A stretch of DNA of 39,950 nucleotides from Nostoc sp. DedSLP01 (lineage in GTDB: Bacteria > Cyanobacteriota > Cyanobacteriia > Cyanobacteriales > Nostocaceae), in NCBI GenBank assembly GCA_034530875.2, contig JAVRCJ020000056.1:1-39950 (forward strand). The letters run 5' to 3'. Position 1 is the stretch's first letter, and every line of letters starts with the position of its first letter. Under the pieces are notes generated by a model. That model was not told the origin of the DNA. It ran no database searches and saw only the letters and a list, made by a program, of their open reading frames with translations. The position numbers and the translations under genes are program-made. Shown here piece by piece: positions 27,601 through 36,863 of the stretch.

Positions 27601-30600
27601 CCCCTGATTGGACACCTAGTTTTTGCAGATAATGTGCTAGTTGATTTGCCTGTGTATTCAACTGTTGATAGGTAAGTTTTTGTTCTCCAAACACTACGGC
27701 GACTGCATCGGGTGTCCGTTGGGCTTGGGCTTCAAACAAAGAATGAATACATTGCTTACTGGGATAATTGCTATAGGTGTTGTTCCACTCTACTAACAAT
27801 TGCTGCTTTTCTTGTGCTGTAAGTAGGGGCAATCGATCGACTAGTCGTTCTGGGTTGCTAGCGATCGCCGCTAACAAATTATGGAAATGCTGCATCATGC
27901 GCGCAATGGTTGCAGCATCAAATAAATCACTGCTGTAATAGCAAATCGCTTCCAGACCCTTCGGAACTTCAAAAAAGTGAACTTCTATGTCAAACCGCAC
28001 CGCATCAAGTCCCCAAGGCATTTCCTCAGACTTTAAACCAGGTAAATCCCAAAGGTCACTCGGAGCATTCTGAAGGGCAAACATCACTTGCACCAATGGG
28101 TTACGATCTAAGTTACGCTCGAGTTGTAACTCTTCGACTAACATCTCAAAGGGCAAATCTTGATTGTCGTAAGCGTTTTGAGTAACTTGCCGCACCTGCT
28201 CCAATAAAGCTTGAAAAGTCAGTTCCGGGGAAATATTGAATCTCAGTGCCAGAGTATTGACAAAAAAACCAATTAACCCTTCTATTTCTTTGCGGTTGCG
28301 ATTTGCAATTGGGGAGCCAACTACAAAATCTGTTTGACTAGTGTAGCGAGACAGTAACACAACAAAACCCGCCAGCAGGGTCATAAACAAAGTACCGCCT
28401 GCATCTTGGCTGAGTTTATTAAGCTGTTGCGTCAGCTTGCTATCTATTTCAAATCTTTCTATACCTCCTCGAAAAGTCTGGATAGCTGGGCGCGGGTGGT
28501 CTGTAGGTAGTTCTAGGACAGGCGGCGCTCCTGCTAAATGTTGCTTCCAGTAGCTTAACTGACGCTCTAGTATTTTATCGGTTAGCCATTGGCGTTGCCA
28601 TTCGGTAAAGTCAGCATACTGTACAGGTAATTCTGGTAACTCAACAGAGCTACCCGTTAAAATCGCTCGATAATGGGCAGAGACTTCGCGGATCAAAACA
28701 CCTTTTGACCAACCATCAGCAGCAATGTGGTGAATAGCGAACAGGATTATGTACTCGTCGGTCGCAACTTGCCACATCTTAACCCGTAACACAGGATCGT
28801 TCGCCAAATCAAAAGGTTCGTAGGCTTCTTGGATTACCTGTTGCTCGACTTGTTTCCAAGGTTCTGTTGCGTTTCTTAGATCCACCACTGGCAAGGTTGT
28901 GCTGACATTGGAGGCTATTACCTGTACTGGCTTGTTATTCTTAATCTGGAAGCGAGTACGCAGAACTTCATGGCGCTGCACGATCTTCTGGAACGCCTCT
29001 GACAATGCTTCAATATTGAGATTGCCTACCAGATGCACGGCGAAAGATATTGTGTAGGCTCCACTTTCGCCTTCTAATTGATGCAGAAACCACAGGCGCT
29101 CCTGCGCCCAAGATAGAGGTATGTCTGCGTTCCTAGAAACGGGTGCGATCGCCGGAAATATTAGACCCGAACCAGTTTGAAGTTCGGTGGCGATCGCCTC
29201 ACTTAACTGAGCAATTGTCGGGAATTGAAATAGACAACGCAATGGCAAAGAAATTCTAAAAGCTTCCTGCAAGCGAGAAATCACTTGCGTACCTAGCAGT
29301 GAATGTCCCCCAAGTTCAAAGAAATTATTGTGAATGCCTACTTGCTCTAATTTCAGCACTTCTGCCCAAATTTTTGCTACGATTTCTTGAATTGCGGTGC
29401 ATGGGGCTACATAATTGTCTTTAAGTTCGCGTTGGAAATCCGGTGCAGGCAAGGCGCGGCGGTCTATTTTTCCATTTGATGTTAGCAGTAGAGCTTCTAG
29501 AAAAACGAAAGCATTAGGTATCATGTACGCTGGCAACTTTCTTTTCAAGAAGCTACGCAGTTCCGTTGTTGTGAGTGTCTCCTGTGTTTGTGGCACTACG
29601 TAGGCAACTAAGCGTTTTTCACCAGAGCTATCTTCGAGAGCAATAACACAAGATACTTGCACATTGCTATGTTGATTTAGTACTGTTTCAATCTCCCCCA
29701 ACTCAATGCGGAAACCGCGTATTTTAACTTGGTTATCAATGCGTCCTAAGTATTCGATATTCCCATCAGGTAAATAACGTGCCAAATCCCCTGTTTTATA
29801 TAATTTTGATTCTGATACACTGGCTCTTTCTGGCTTGTCAAAAGGATTGAGGATGAATTTTTCTTGTGTTAACTCGCTTCGGTTGAGGTAGCCTCTTGCT
29901 AATCCCAGACCACCGATATGCAGTTCTCCTGGTAGACCCACAGGAACTAGTTGGTTGAATTTATCGAGTATGTATATTTGGGTATTGGCGATCGGGCGAC
30001 CTATGGGGACAGATTTTCCATTGAACTGCTGCTTACAATTCCAGAAAGCTGAATAGATACAAGCTTCCGTTGGCCCATAGAGATTGTACAAATTCACATC
30101 TAGCTTGTTTAACAAGGCTTCTTGTACAGCAACTGGTAAAGCTTCACCTCCACAGAAGACTCGTTTGAGGGAGCGGCAAGTTTCGATTCCTCCCTGTTCT
30201 AAAAGCACTTGCAACAATGATGGGACAAATTGAACAGTAGTTACCTGATGTTGGGCAATTAATCTTAAAAGGTAAGCACTGTCAGTATGACCTCCTGGTT
30301 GAGCCATTAACAACTGTGCGCCTGCTATCAATGGAGCGTAGAATTCCCAAACCGACGCGTCAAAGCCAAAAGGAGCTTTTTGCAGTACTTTGTCTGTTTC
30401 ATTTAGGGGGAATGTTGCTTGCATCCAGGACATATAATTGCAAAGACTACTGTGACATACCATTACCCCTTTAGGTTGACCAGTAGAGCCAGAGGTATAA
30501 ATGACATAAGCTAAACTACTAACTTGTACCTCAGTGATTGGATTGTCCTGACTCCATTGGCTAATAACCTGCCAGTCAGTATCTAAAGAGACTATACGCG

Positions 30601-32377
30601 CTTGATGTTTAGGAACAGACTCTACTAATTGCTGTTGAGTTAACAACACCTTCACCTGAGTCTCCTTTAATATAAAGCTTAAGCGCTCAGGCGGATACTC
30701 AGGATCGAGGGGGACATAAGCTCCACCTGCCTTGAGAATTCCCAACATTCCCACAACCATTAAGGGCGATCGCTCCACATACAGACCGATTAACATATCG
30801 GCTCCCACACCACTAGAGCGCAAGTAATTTGCTAACTGATTAGCGCGAGAATTCAATTGCTGATACGTCAGTTGTTGATTTTCAAATACTACTGCTACTC
30901 CATCAGGAGTACGCTGCACCTGCTCCTCAAACAATTGATGAATACACTTATCCTGTGGATGATCTGTTTGAGTTGAGTTCCACTCCACCAACAATTGATG
31001 ACGCTCTGCTTGAGTTAACAGTGGTAATTTTGAAATTCTCTGCTGTGGATTAGCAACAATACCTTCGAGCAAGGTCAGAAAATGCCCTGCCATGCGTGCG
31101 ATCGTACTAGCCTCAAACAAGTCAGTATTGTATTGCCAACATAGCTGGAAAACTCCCTCAGCTTCCATGACTATTAAATTCAGATCCAAGTATGCACCAC
31201 GTTGATACCCGAGTAAATATGGCTCCATCTGAAGCACTGGTTCTCGACTGGGTAATGAATTTTTTGTTAAGTTGCACCAAAATTGTTTTTGCCAAGTAAA
31301 ACCAACTTGACATAAGGGGGGACGACTTAGATCTCTTTGTGACTGAACTTTTTCTATTAACATAGAAAAAGGGTAATCTTGATGGTTTTGGGCTTCTTTA
31401 ACTGTATTGATGACTTGAGCAAGAAAGTCTTGAAATGGGGCGTTTTCCTCTACAGAAGCTCGTAAAACAACCAAGTTTCCAAAGTAGCCAATAACCCCTT
31501 GAAAATCTTCACCCCAGCAACCTCTCATTGGACTTCCTATGAGAATGTCTGTTTGATTGGTGTAGCGATAAATTAGTATGTAAAATGCTGCTAAAAGAAT
31601 CTGATAAAGGCTTGTTCCAGAAGCTATAGCTAGGTGCTTAAGTTTTCCAACTAACTGTTCATCTAACGGTAAAAGATATGATGCACCTTGATAAGTCTGT
31701 ACTGGGGGGCGGGGTTTATCTGGAAGCAAATTCAAAATTGGCAACTCATCGGCTAATTGTTGTTGCCAGTATTGCCATTGTTTTTCTCCCCTTGAACTCG
31801 ATAGTATTTCCGATTGCCAGTTGATAAAATCGGCATAAGATTTATTACTGCTTAAAGAATTTGCTATATCTGTCTGCTCAAGACTTGCTTGCTCAATCTC
31901 TCTAGCATACAAAGTTTGAAATTCACTCAGCAGTAAATCAAAAGACCACATATCCCCGGCAATGTGGTGCATTGTTAGCAAAAGAATGTGTTCTTCTGCT
32001 GAACGAGTAAATAAATTAACCCTCAAAACTGAATCTTTTTCTAAGTTAAAAGGGTGGTCAGTTATGGCAAATATATTCTCTTTGAGTCTGGCTTCACTCC
32101 ACGTACTTGCATCTATCACTTCAAAAGTCAAATTAGGCTCTTGATGAACTTGCTGAACTGGTTTACCGTCTTGACTGATATATGTAGTTCTAAGAATAAG
32201 ATGTTTTTCAACAATTTTTCGCCATACATCTTTGACAGTAAAAATATTTAAATAAGAATTAATTTTTGCAGTAATATATATATTATAAGCAACATTTTCT
32301 GGAGCAACCTGGTAAATAAACCATATTGCTTTTTGTCCAGATGAGAGCGGATAAGTTGTTTTTACCAAACTATTCAT
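24692..32377 (-). CDS. NRPS1: N-terminal C - A(Gln-like)-T - C-A(Ile)-N-methyltransferase-T
   Basis: 2561 aa ORF. C motifs HHIAGD and HHIAADG. Codes DAWQFGLIY(K) and DAFFLGVTF(K). N-MT (VLEIGCGTG, LNSIVQYFPS) embedded in the C-terminal part of the second A domain. Two GGHSL T motifs. Confidence 0.96.
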   Translation of the reverse strand: MNSLVKTTYPLSSGQKAIWFIYQVAPENVAYNIYITAKINSYLNIFTVKDVWRKIVEKHLILRTTYISQDGKPVQQVHQEPNLTFEVIDASTWSEARLKENIFAITDHPFNLEKDSVLRVNLFTRSAEEHILLLTMHHIAGDMWSFDLLLSEFQTLYAREIEQASLEQTDIANSLSSNKSYADFINWQSEILSSSRGEKQWQYWQQQLADELPILNLLPDKPRPPVQTYQGASYLLPLDEQLVGKLKHLAIASGTSLYQILLAAFYILIYRYTNQTDILIGSPMRGCWGEDFQGVIGYFGNLVVLRASVEENAPFQDFLAQVINTVKEAQNHQDYPFSMLIEKVQSQRDLSRPPLCQVGFTWQKQFWCNLTKNSLPSREPVLQMEPYLLGYQRGAYLDLNLIVMEAEGVFQLCWQYNTDLFEASTIARMAGHFLTLLEGIVANPQQRISKLPLLTQAERHQLLVEWNSTQTDHPQDKCIHQLFEEQVQRTPDGVAVVFENQQLTYQQLNSRANQLANYLRSSGVGADMLIGLYVERSPLMVVGMLGILKAGGAYVPLDPEYPPERLSFILKETQVKVLLTQQQLVESVPKHQARIVSLDTDWQVISQWSQDNPITEVQVSSLAYVIYTSGSTGQPKGVMVCHSSLCNYMSWMQATFPLNETDKVLQKAPFGFDASVWEFYAPLIAGAQLLMAQPGGHTDSAYLLRLIAQHQVTTVQFVPSLLQVLLEQGGIETCRSLKRVFCGGEALPVAVQEALLNKLDVNLYNLYGPTEACIYSAFWNCKQQFNGKSVPIGRPIANTQIYILDKFNQLVPVGLPGELHIGGLGLARGYLNRSELTQEKFILNPFDKPERASVSESKLYKTGDLARYLPDGNIEYLGRIDNQVKIRGFRIELGEIETVLNQHSNVQVSCVIALEDSSGEKRLVAYVVPQTQETLTTTELRSFLKRKLPAYMIPNAFVFLEALLLTSNGKIDRRALPAPDFQRELKDNYVAPCTAIQEIVAKIWAEVLKLEQVGIHNNFFELGGHSLLGTQVISRLQEAFRISLPLRCLFQFPTIAQLSEAIATELQTGSGLIFPAIAPVSRNADIPLSWAQERLWFLHQLEGESGAYTISFAVHLVGNLNIEALSEAFQKIVQRHEVLRTRFQIKNNKPVQVIASNVSTTLPVVDLRNATEPWKQVEQQVIQEAYEPFDLANDPVLRVKMWQVATDEYIILFAIHHIAADGWSKGVLIREVSAHYRAILTGSSVELPELPVQYADFTEWQRQWLTDKILERQLSYWKQHLAGAPPVLELPTDHPRPAIQTFRGGIERFEIDSKLTQQLNKLSQDAGGTLFMTLLAGFVVLLSRYTSQTDFVVGSPIANRNRKEIEGLIGFFVNTLALRFNISPELTFQALLEQVRQVTQNAYDNQDLPFEMLVEELQLERNLDRNPLVQVMFALQNAPSDLWDLPGLKSEEMPWGLDAVRFDIEVHFFEVPKGLEAICYYSSDLFDAATIARMMQHFHNLLAAIASNPERLVDRLPLLTAQEKQQLLVEWNNTYSNYPSKQCIHSLFEAQAQRTPDAVAVVFGEQKLTYQQLNTQANQLAHYLQKLGVQSGVLVGICVERSVSMVVGLLAILKAGGAYVPLDTEYPQERLGFIIDDTQITVLLTTEKLADRMEKHQAQVVCFDTDAAAFAEQSQHNPTTEVTSDALAYVIYTSGSTGKPKGVAVTHQAVNRLVISTNYIKIQSTDAIAQAANCAFDAATFEIWGALLNGARLVGVSKEVALSPQNFAEFLRSQGISILFLTTALFNQIVQQVPWAFSSLRHLLFGGEAVDPKWVKEVLKNGAPQRLLHVYGPTENTTFTSWYLVENVPEDATTIPIGQPIANTQIYVLDSQLQPVGIAVPGELYIGGDGLAREYLYRKDLTQQKFIPNPFSSQPGDRLYKTGDKVRHLRDGNIEFLGRIDHQVKIRGFRIELGEIETVLSQHPLVQESVVVVREDSPGDKRLVGYLVPALYSQTLPQQVAQWQNEYVSDWLTLYEQLYGQNQASTDDLTFNTSGWNSSYTKEPIPDWEMQEWVENTVSRIQANLPQRVLEIGCGTGLLLSRIAKHCQQYWGTDYSIAAIQYVEKLCSTVDGLAHVRLLHQMADNFEGIPQGDFDTVILNSIVQYFPSVEYLLQVIEGAIAAIDNQGTLFVGDVRSLPLLSPYHAAVQLSQVGDDKTVEQWQQRVHQSVAVEEELVIDPGFFIALRTHFPQIGWVEIQPKRGNSLNELTQFRYDVTIHIGTDVQARVAPWLNWQLDQLSLTQIQNQLQQEQPELLGIRRVPNQRVQEALEICQWLENPPDVDTVGQLRELLAQKSTNEVNPEQFYQLGQQLGYTVRSSWWESSQDGCYDVVFCRNSSNAQEAIAFWDSSAFTTKSWTDYTNNPLHGKLVQKLVPLVREYIQQKLPDYMVPQAFVLLNALPLTPNGKVDRRALPTPDTATRNLSTGFVLPRNPIEAQLARIWSEILGVERVGVKDNFFELGGHSLLATQVLSEINLVFDLNLSIQTMFESPTIAEIAAYIEIVGLVTQDLSIKEVNSEVVEF

Positions 32378-32429
32378 AGTAATTCACTAAAATATTAATA
32401 ATAATAGAGTCAGGATTACAATTTTTTTC

Positions 32430-32688
32430 GTAAGAATTCAGGTCTAATATTGCGAAATTAAAGAAGGACGAGACCGATCGTTATTAGAGTCAGCAAATAG
32501 AGTTTGTGCAAAAAAAATCAATTATAGACCAATCTTGACGGTGATACGGCAGTCGTTTCAAGTCGGCAGACTTGCCCAAGCCCCTACCTCAAGTCTGTAC
32601 CACTGCCAACAAATTGGTAGTGTGACAAAACCGTTCCATCGGACGGGAAGCAACACTAACATAAGCGTTTTGTCACAGCTAAACGCAG
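32430..32688 (-). mobile_element. Decayed IS66-family 3' end with terminal inverted repeat
   Basis: Minus strand reads LRLAVTKR / frameshift / VSVASRPMERFCHTTNLLAVVQT* ... HRQDWSIIDFFAQTLFADSNNDRSRPSLISQY*, followed by the end GTAAGAATTCAGGT (plus 32430-32443). IS66 ends begin with GTAA. Confidence 0.78.
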
Positions 32689-32855
32689 TAGAAGATTACA
32701 ACTTGGATTTGAATTGATTGACCCAATCGTTATAACTGGTAGAGTCAAAAGTTTCAAACCCGAAGATCATATATAGCAGTGCATTCTATCATTTTTTTTG
32801 TTTAAGTTTCAATAGCAGTTTATGTAGTAAAACATTTTTATAAACAAAATACAAG

Positions 32856-32914
32856 GACATTTAAGACACTTAAAAGGACAGTTAAGACAGTTAAGACAGT
32901 TAAGACAGTTAAGA
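32856..32914. repeat. 9-bp tandem repeat GACAGTTAA (4 perfect plus 2 degenerate copies)
   Basis: Perfect copies at 32877-32912; gacatttaa and gacacttaa at 32856-32873. Confidence 0.88.
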
Positions 32915-32938
32915 ATTAGCCGCTTGATAAATTGGAGT

Positions 32939-32984
32939 AGAAACAAAAAATTAAAATGTAAAGAAACAAAAAATCAAAATGTAA
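32939..32984. repeat. 23-bp tandem duplication
   Basis: agaaacaaaaaattaaaatgtaa / agaaacaaaaaatcaaaatgtaa, one mismatch. Confidence 0.85.
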
Positions 32985-33083
32985 GTTGGTATATACTGCG
33001 TTATACAATATGATGCATAACGCAAAAATTATTTGCTGAGAACTAAATATCTACACTCCTGCAAGCTATCGGTACCAAGAGGA

Positions 33084-33503
33084 GCGCTCCATTGAACGGA
33101 AACCACCACTAACTTTACGTTTTGTCACAGCCAAACGCAGCGATCTTTCAGCCTGATTATTATCTGGAGGAACTTCTGAATGCTCAAGGAAATACCACTA
33201 TTGAAAAGTTTTATCCCGCAACGAACGTAAAAGCTGGCCTGCGGTAGTCCCTTCTAAGTCAATCGGCCGATTGATTGAGGAGTCTAACTTAGATTTGAAT
33301 TGAGTGACCACTACGTTGTAACCGATGCAGTTAAGGGCCTCAAACGATTGGGCGTAATTTCTAAAAGCTTCATGAATTAAATTCACAAATGCTTTGCCGA
33401 TAGCTTGATTGTGAAGAGATGGAAGTTGAATTAATTTATTAAAGTGACGGTGTAGATGAGCCAGAAATTTCTGTTGACCAAAAGCTGGATAATCATTATA
33501 AAC
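33084..33503 (-). pseudogene. IS66-family transposase internal fragment with a nonsense mutation
   Basis: VYNDYPAFGQQKFLAHLHRHFNKL...[49 protein letters not shown]. The QxCxAHxRRxF-like and DNNxAERxLR motifs are IS66 hallmarks. In-frame TAG at 33198-33200. Confidence 0.85.
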
Positions 33504-33874
33504 AAGACTTACGCAACTGGCACAACGAGTGCCATTTCATAGTACATATATATTATTAAGAATTAACGTCCAAAAAGGCTCTTGCTCAAATATAAAATAA
33601 TTGCATTTTACAGAGGTGATATTGTGGTATTATTCCAGCACTAATATTGACAGAAAAGCCAATTTTTAGTTTGTGCAATTTAATTAATAAGACTTTAAGT
33701 GAAACAATTCTGGTACGCACACTAAATAAAATTTTGTATATGATTAATCTTTTAATGAAATATGTAAATATTTTAGTTAACTAAAATGGACAAAAATGTT
33801 AAAACTTTAGACCACATTACATAGATGTTAAGTGGGTTAAGTTGAGTTGAAATTTAAATGTAAGGAACTGGAAC

Positions 33875-34666
33875 ATGACTACTTCTAATCAGATTAAATC
33901 GGCGCTGTGGGAAAACAAGCAAGAGTATCCTCTAACTACGGAATCTTTAAAAATGCTGCTGGAACACCGAATTCCCCTGATTCGGTTGAAAGATTTCGCA
34001 ACGCCCGAAGAGTGCGAGATGTTATATGCTCAATCTCAATTGCTCAATTTTAATGCTTATCAAGATGTGAGTCCTAAAATTGAAAAAGTTGGCATCACAG
34101 TATTTGAATATAACAGCATTAGTAAAGGAGATTATTTTAAAAGAGTAGAACAAGCAACTAAATTAAGAGACTCCATTACGGCAGCCTCCTTCAATCCGTT
34201 GGAGCGCATAATGGCAAAATTCCGAGAGTGTGGTGCGAATGTGCGAATTGCTTCGGAACCATTCTACGGTAGTTATTATGCAGGACTGATCAGAAAAATA
34301 GAGCATGGTACTCAACTCCATATAGATTTTGCCCCATTGGAACAATCGGGATGGGAAGTTTGTACAATTACTGCCCAACTTTCCTGGACTTTGTACTTAA
34401 AATTGTCTCCCAACAGTCATGGTAAAACGTATATTTACGATCGCCAGTGGCAACCAGAAGATGAGCAATATAAACTAGACTCCTATGGATATAGCGATAA
34501 AGTGCTTGCAGATGCCGATGCGATCGCCTTCCAGCCTTATGTCGGAGATGTATTGCTTTTCAATACAACAAACTTTCATTATGTTGAGCCGATGCATGGA
34601 CAACGTGTAGCTTTTACTTCCATGATCGGATTACTTCCTAACGGTGAAATTATTTTCTGGTCTTGA
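33875..34666 (+). CDS. ldoA: Fe(II)/2-oxoglutarate dioxygenase, likely L-leucine 5-hydroxylase (first step of 4-methylproline synthesis)
   Basis: 263 aa. HxD...H triad (LHIDF...NFHYV) and downstream Arg (QRVAFTS). AAGGA RBS upstream. Sits directly before nosE/nosF homologues. Symbol is by recognition and context, not a search. Confidence 0.72.
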   Translation: MTTSNQIKSALWENKQEYPLTTESLKMLLEHRIPLIRLKDFATPEECEMLYAQSQLLNFNAYQDVSPKIEKVGITVFEYNSISKGDYFKRVEQATKLRDSITAASFNPLERIMAKFRECGANVRIASEPFYGSYYAGLIRKIEHGTQLHIDFAPLEQSGWEVCTITAQLSWTLYLKLSPNSHGKTYIYDRQWQPEDEQYKLDSYGYSDKVLADADAIAFQPYVGDVLLFNTTNFHYVEPMHGQRVAFTSMIGLLPNGEIIFWS

Positions 34667-34896
34667 AGTTGATAAGTAGGAGACAAAAGCTAGTAAAGAT
34701 AATTAATAACTTTGTTTACCTGCTTATGATTGTTTTGCCTGCTAAAGAAATCCTAATTTAGTATTGCTAACTATACCGAGAATAAAACCTTTATAAGGTA
34801 GTTGTTAGCCAGTTTGGTTTTTCACGCAATTGAATAGAATTCCTATAGCTAGGTAAGACAATTGGCAATTTAGAAAATATAGCGAGGAAGTGATTC

Positions 34897-36003
34897 ATGC
34901 CCAAAGCAGCCGTGATGACTGCACCGAACCAACCAGTTGAAGTGCAACAATTACCGTACCCGATTCTGGAAAAGGGTGGAATCATTATTGAAACCTTATA
35001 TTCTGAAGTTTGTGGAACTGATGTACATTTACTGCGTGGACATTTAGAAGGGGTTCCCTATCCAATTATCCCCGGTCACTTCTGTGTTGGTCGTGTGGTA
35101 GAAACAGGGGGACAAGTTACTGATGTCAATGGTAAATTAATTCAGCCTGGAGCGATCGCCACTTTTTTAGATGTTCACGAAACCTGTTACAACTGCTGGT
35201 ATTGTCTAGTAGCTAAAGCATCCACTCGCTGTCCCCAACGCAAAGTTTATGGTGTCACTTACTCCGCAAATGATGGCTTACTGGGCGGTTGGTCCGAACT
35301 AATTTACCTCAAACCAGGGGTTAAAGTTTTAATTCTACCCGAAGAAGTCACACCAAGACAATTTATTGCTGGGGGATGTGCTTTGCCAACTGCACTACAC
35401 GCTATCGATCGAGCGCAGATTCAAATTGGTGATGTTGTTGTCGTGCAAGGTTGTGGCCCTGTAGGTTTGAGTGTGGCAATTCTAGCTTTGCTATCAGGCG
35501 CGGGCAAAGTAATTGTCATTGATAAATTTGAGAGTCGATTAGTAACTGCAAAATCTTTTGGAGTCGATGAAACCCTTGTAATTCAGGCTGACGATCCACG
35601 ACAACATATTGAGTGGGTTTTGGAACTAACACACGGACATGGTGCTGATGTGACTATTGAAGCTACAGGTATTCCTGTTGCTGTCAAAGAAGGCTTGAAT
35701 ATGACGAGAAATGGAGGTCGCTATGTTATTGTCGGGCATTACACAAACACCGGTGAGATTCTCATCAATCCACACTTAGAGATTAATCTCAAACATATTG
35801 ATATTCGCGGAACTTGGGGAATTGATTTCAGCCATTTTTACAGGATGATTGAATTACTAAAACGTCATAGTGATTCTAGTAAAAATATTGCTTGGGAAAG
35901 TCTAATTAGTCGTTCATACACACTACAAGAAATTAATCAAGCTCTAGCAGATGTAGAAAAAGGCTCTGTATTAAAGGCTGTGATTGTTCCCAATCTATCT
36001 TGA
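34897..36003 (+). CDS. nosE: Zn-dependent long-chain alcohol dehydrogenase of 4-methylproline biosynthesis (NosE/NcpD family)
   Basis: 368 aa. CGTDVH, GH, structural Zn motif CYNCWYC...C, Rossmann GCGPVG. GAGG RBS. Adjacent to a P5C reductase homologue. Confidence 0.88.
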   Translation: MPKAAVMTAPNQPVEVQQLPYPILEKGGIIIETLYSEVCGTDVHLLRGHLEGVPYPIIPGHFCVGRVVETGGQVTDVNGKLIQPGAIATFLDVHETCYNCWYCLVAKASTRCPQRKVYGVTYSANDGLLGGWSELIYLKPGVKVLILPEEVTPRQFIAGGCALPTALHAIDRAQIQIGDVVVVQGCGPVGLSVAILALLSGAGKVIVIDKFESRLVTAKSFGVDETLVIQADDPRQHIEWVLELTHGHGADVTIEATGIPVAVKEGLNMTRNGGRYVIVGHYTNTGEILINPHLEINLKHIDIRGTWGIDFSHFYRMIELLKRHSDSSKNIAWESLISRSYTLQEINQALADVEKGSVLKAVIVPNLS

Positions 36004-36041
36004 TCACAATAATAGATTGATTTGTGTAATAGGGAGAAGAT

Positions 36042-36863
36042 ATGCTTGGAGATTTAGAAATTGCCTTTATCGGTGGTGGGACGATGGGCGAAATGATAAT
36101 AACTAGATTGTTATCGACGAAAATTGTTCCAAAACCCGATCTAATTATTGTCAGCGATCCACTTGATGCGCGATGCCTGCATTTGGAACAGGAATATAGA
36201 ATCCGTACTACAACCAGCAATATAGAAGCGGTAAAAGGTGCATCGCTTGTGATATTGGCGGTGAAGCCGCAGGTTTTAGGATCTGTTATGGCTATGCTGA
36301 AGGATAAAATTTCACCTGAAGCTTTAGTAATTAGTATTGTGGGTGGAGTAAGTATTGCATCTCTGTGCCAAGGGTTAAATCATGCTGCTGTTGTCCGTAC
36401 AATGCCGAATATTGCAGTACAAGTAGGTCATGGAACTACAGTATGGAGCGCATCATCAAGTGTGACAGAGATACAGCGATCGCATACCCAAGTTATTTTA
36501 CAAGCATTAGGCAAAGAATTTGCTACCCAAAGCGAACATTACCTTGATATGGCAACGGCGCTGAGTAGCGCGGGGACTGGATTTGTGTTTCTGTACATCG
36601 AAGCGATGATTGATGCTGGGGTTCAGATGGGTTTAACTCGTACACAAGCTCAAGAGCTAACCTTGCATACTATTGCTGGCAGTGTAGAACTTATGTTGCA
36701 GACTCATGAACATCCAGCAGTTTTACGAAACAAGGTAACTAGCCCTGGGGGAGTGACCGCTACTGGTCTTTACGAATTAGAAAAAGGTGGTATGCGAACT
36801 GTCATCTCTAATGCAGTACTTGCTGCTTTGAGCCGCACTCAAAAAATAGGTGATATTAGTTAA
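36042..36863 (+). CDS. nosF: Pyrroline-5-carboxylate reductase homologue of 4-methylproline biosynthesis (NosF/NcpE family)
   Basis: 273 aa. IAFIGGGTMG, LAVKPQ, RTMPN, VTSPGGVT motifs. 38 bp downstream of nosE. Confidence 0.88.
   Translation: MLGDLEIAFIGGGTMGEMIITRLLSTKIVPKPDLIIVSDPLDARCLHLEQEYRIRTTTSNIEAVKGASLVILAVKPQVLGSVMAMLKDKISPEALVISIVGGVSIASLCQGLNHAAVVRTMPNIAVQVGHGTTVWSASSSVTEIQRSHTQVILQALGKEFATQSEHYLDMATALSSAGTGFVFLYIEAMIDAGVQMGLTRTQAQELTLHTIAGSVELMLQTHEHPAVLRNKVTSPGGVTATGLYELEKGGMRTVISNAVLAALSRTQKIGDIS

Noticed and set aside
822..32251. Dozens of 60-146 aa ORFs overlapping the NRPS/PKS genes
   Set aside because: They are antisense or off-frame shadows of the long genes. Their recurrence mirrors module repetition, and they show no independent motifs.
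1..32377. Naming the genes nosA-D (nostopeptolide A) or ncpAB (nostocyclopeptide)
   Set aside because: Module order, predicted substrates, the N-MT, the C-MT and the modAA-type C domain do not match those pathways.
32530..32690. Apparent structured leader RNA or riboswitch upstream of NRPS1 (stems cagacttg/caagtctg, cactgccaa/ttggtagtg, tgtgacaaaac/gttttgtcaca; partial second copy at 33085-33140)
   Set aside because: Both copies translate as the IS66 transposase segment LRLAVTKR...MER, and part of the pairing comes from an inserted short repeat. IS debris explains the pattern more simply.
32535..32717. 60-aa plus-strand ORF
   Set aside because: It is antisense to the IS66 relic and has no recognisable features.
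32856..32914. CRISPR array
   Set aside because: The units are 9 bp with no spacers, and there are no cas genes.
33198..33386. 62-aa ORF as an independent gene
   Set aside because: It is the middle of the IS66 pseudogene; similarity continues upstream of its GTG and beyond its TAG.
33504..33523. aagacttacgcaactggcac, resembling a Nostoc repeat terminus at the edge of the IS66 fragment
   Set aside because: No matching opposite end was found nearby, and it is too short to call.
36042..36863. Housekeeping proC
   Set aside because: Its position directly behind a NosE-type dehydrogenase and an LdoA-like dioxygenase favours the specialised NosF role.
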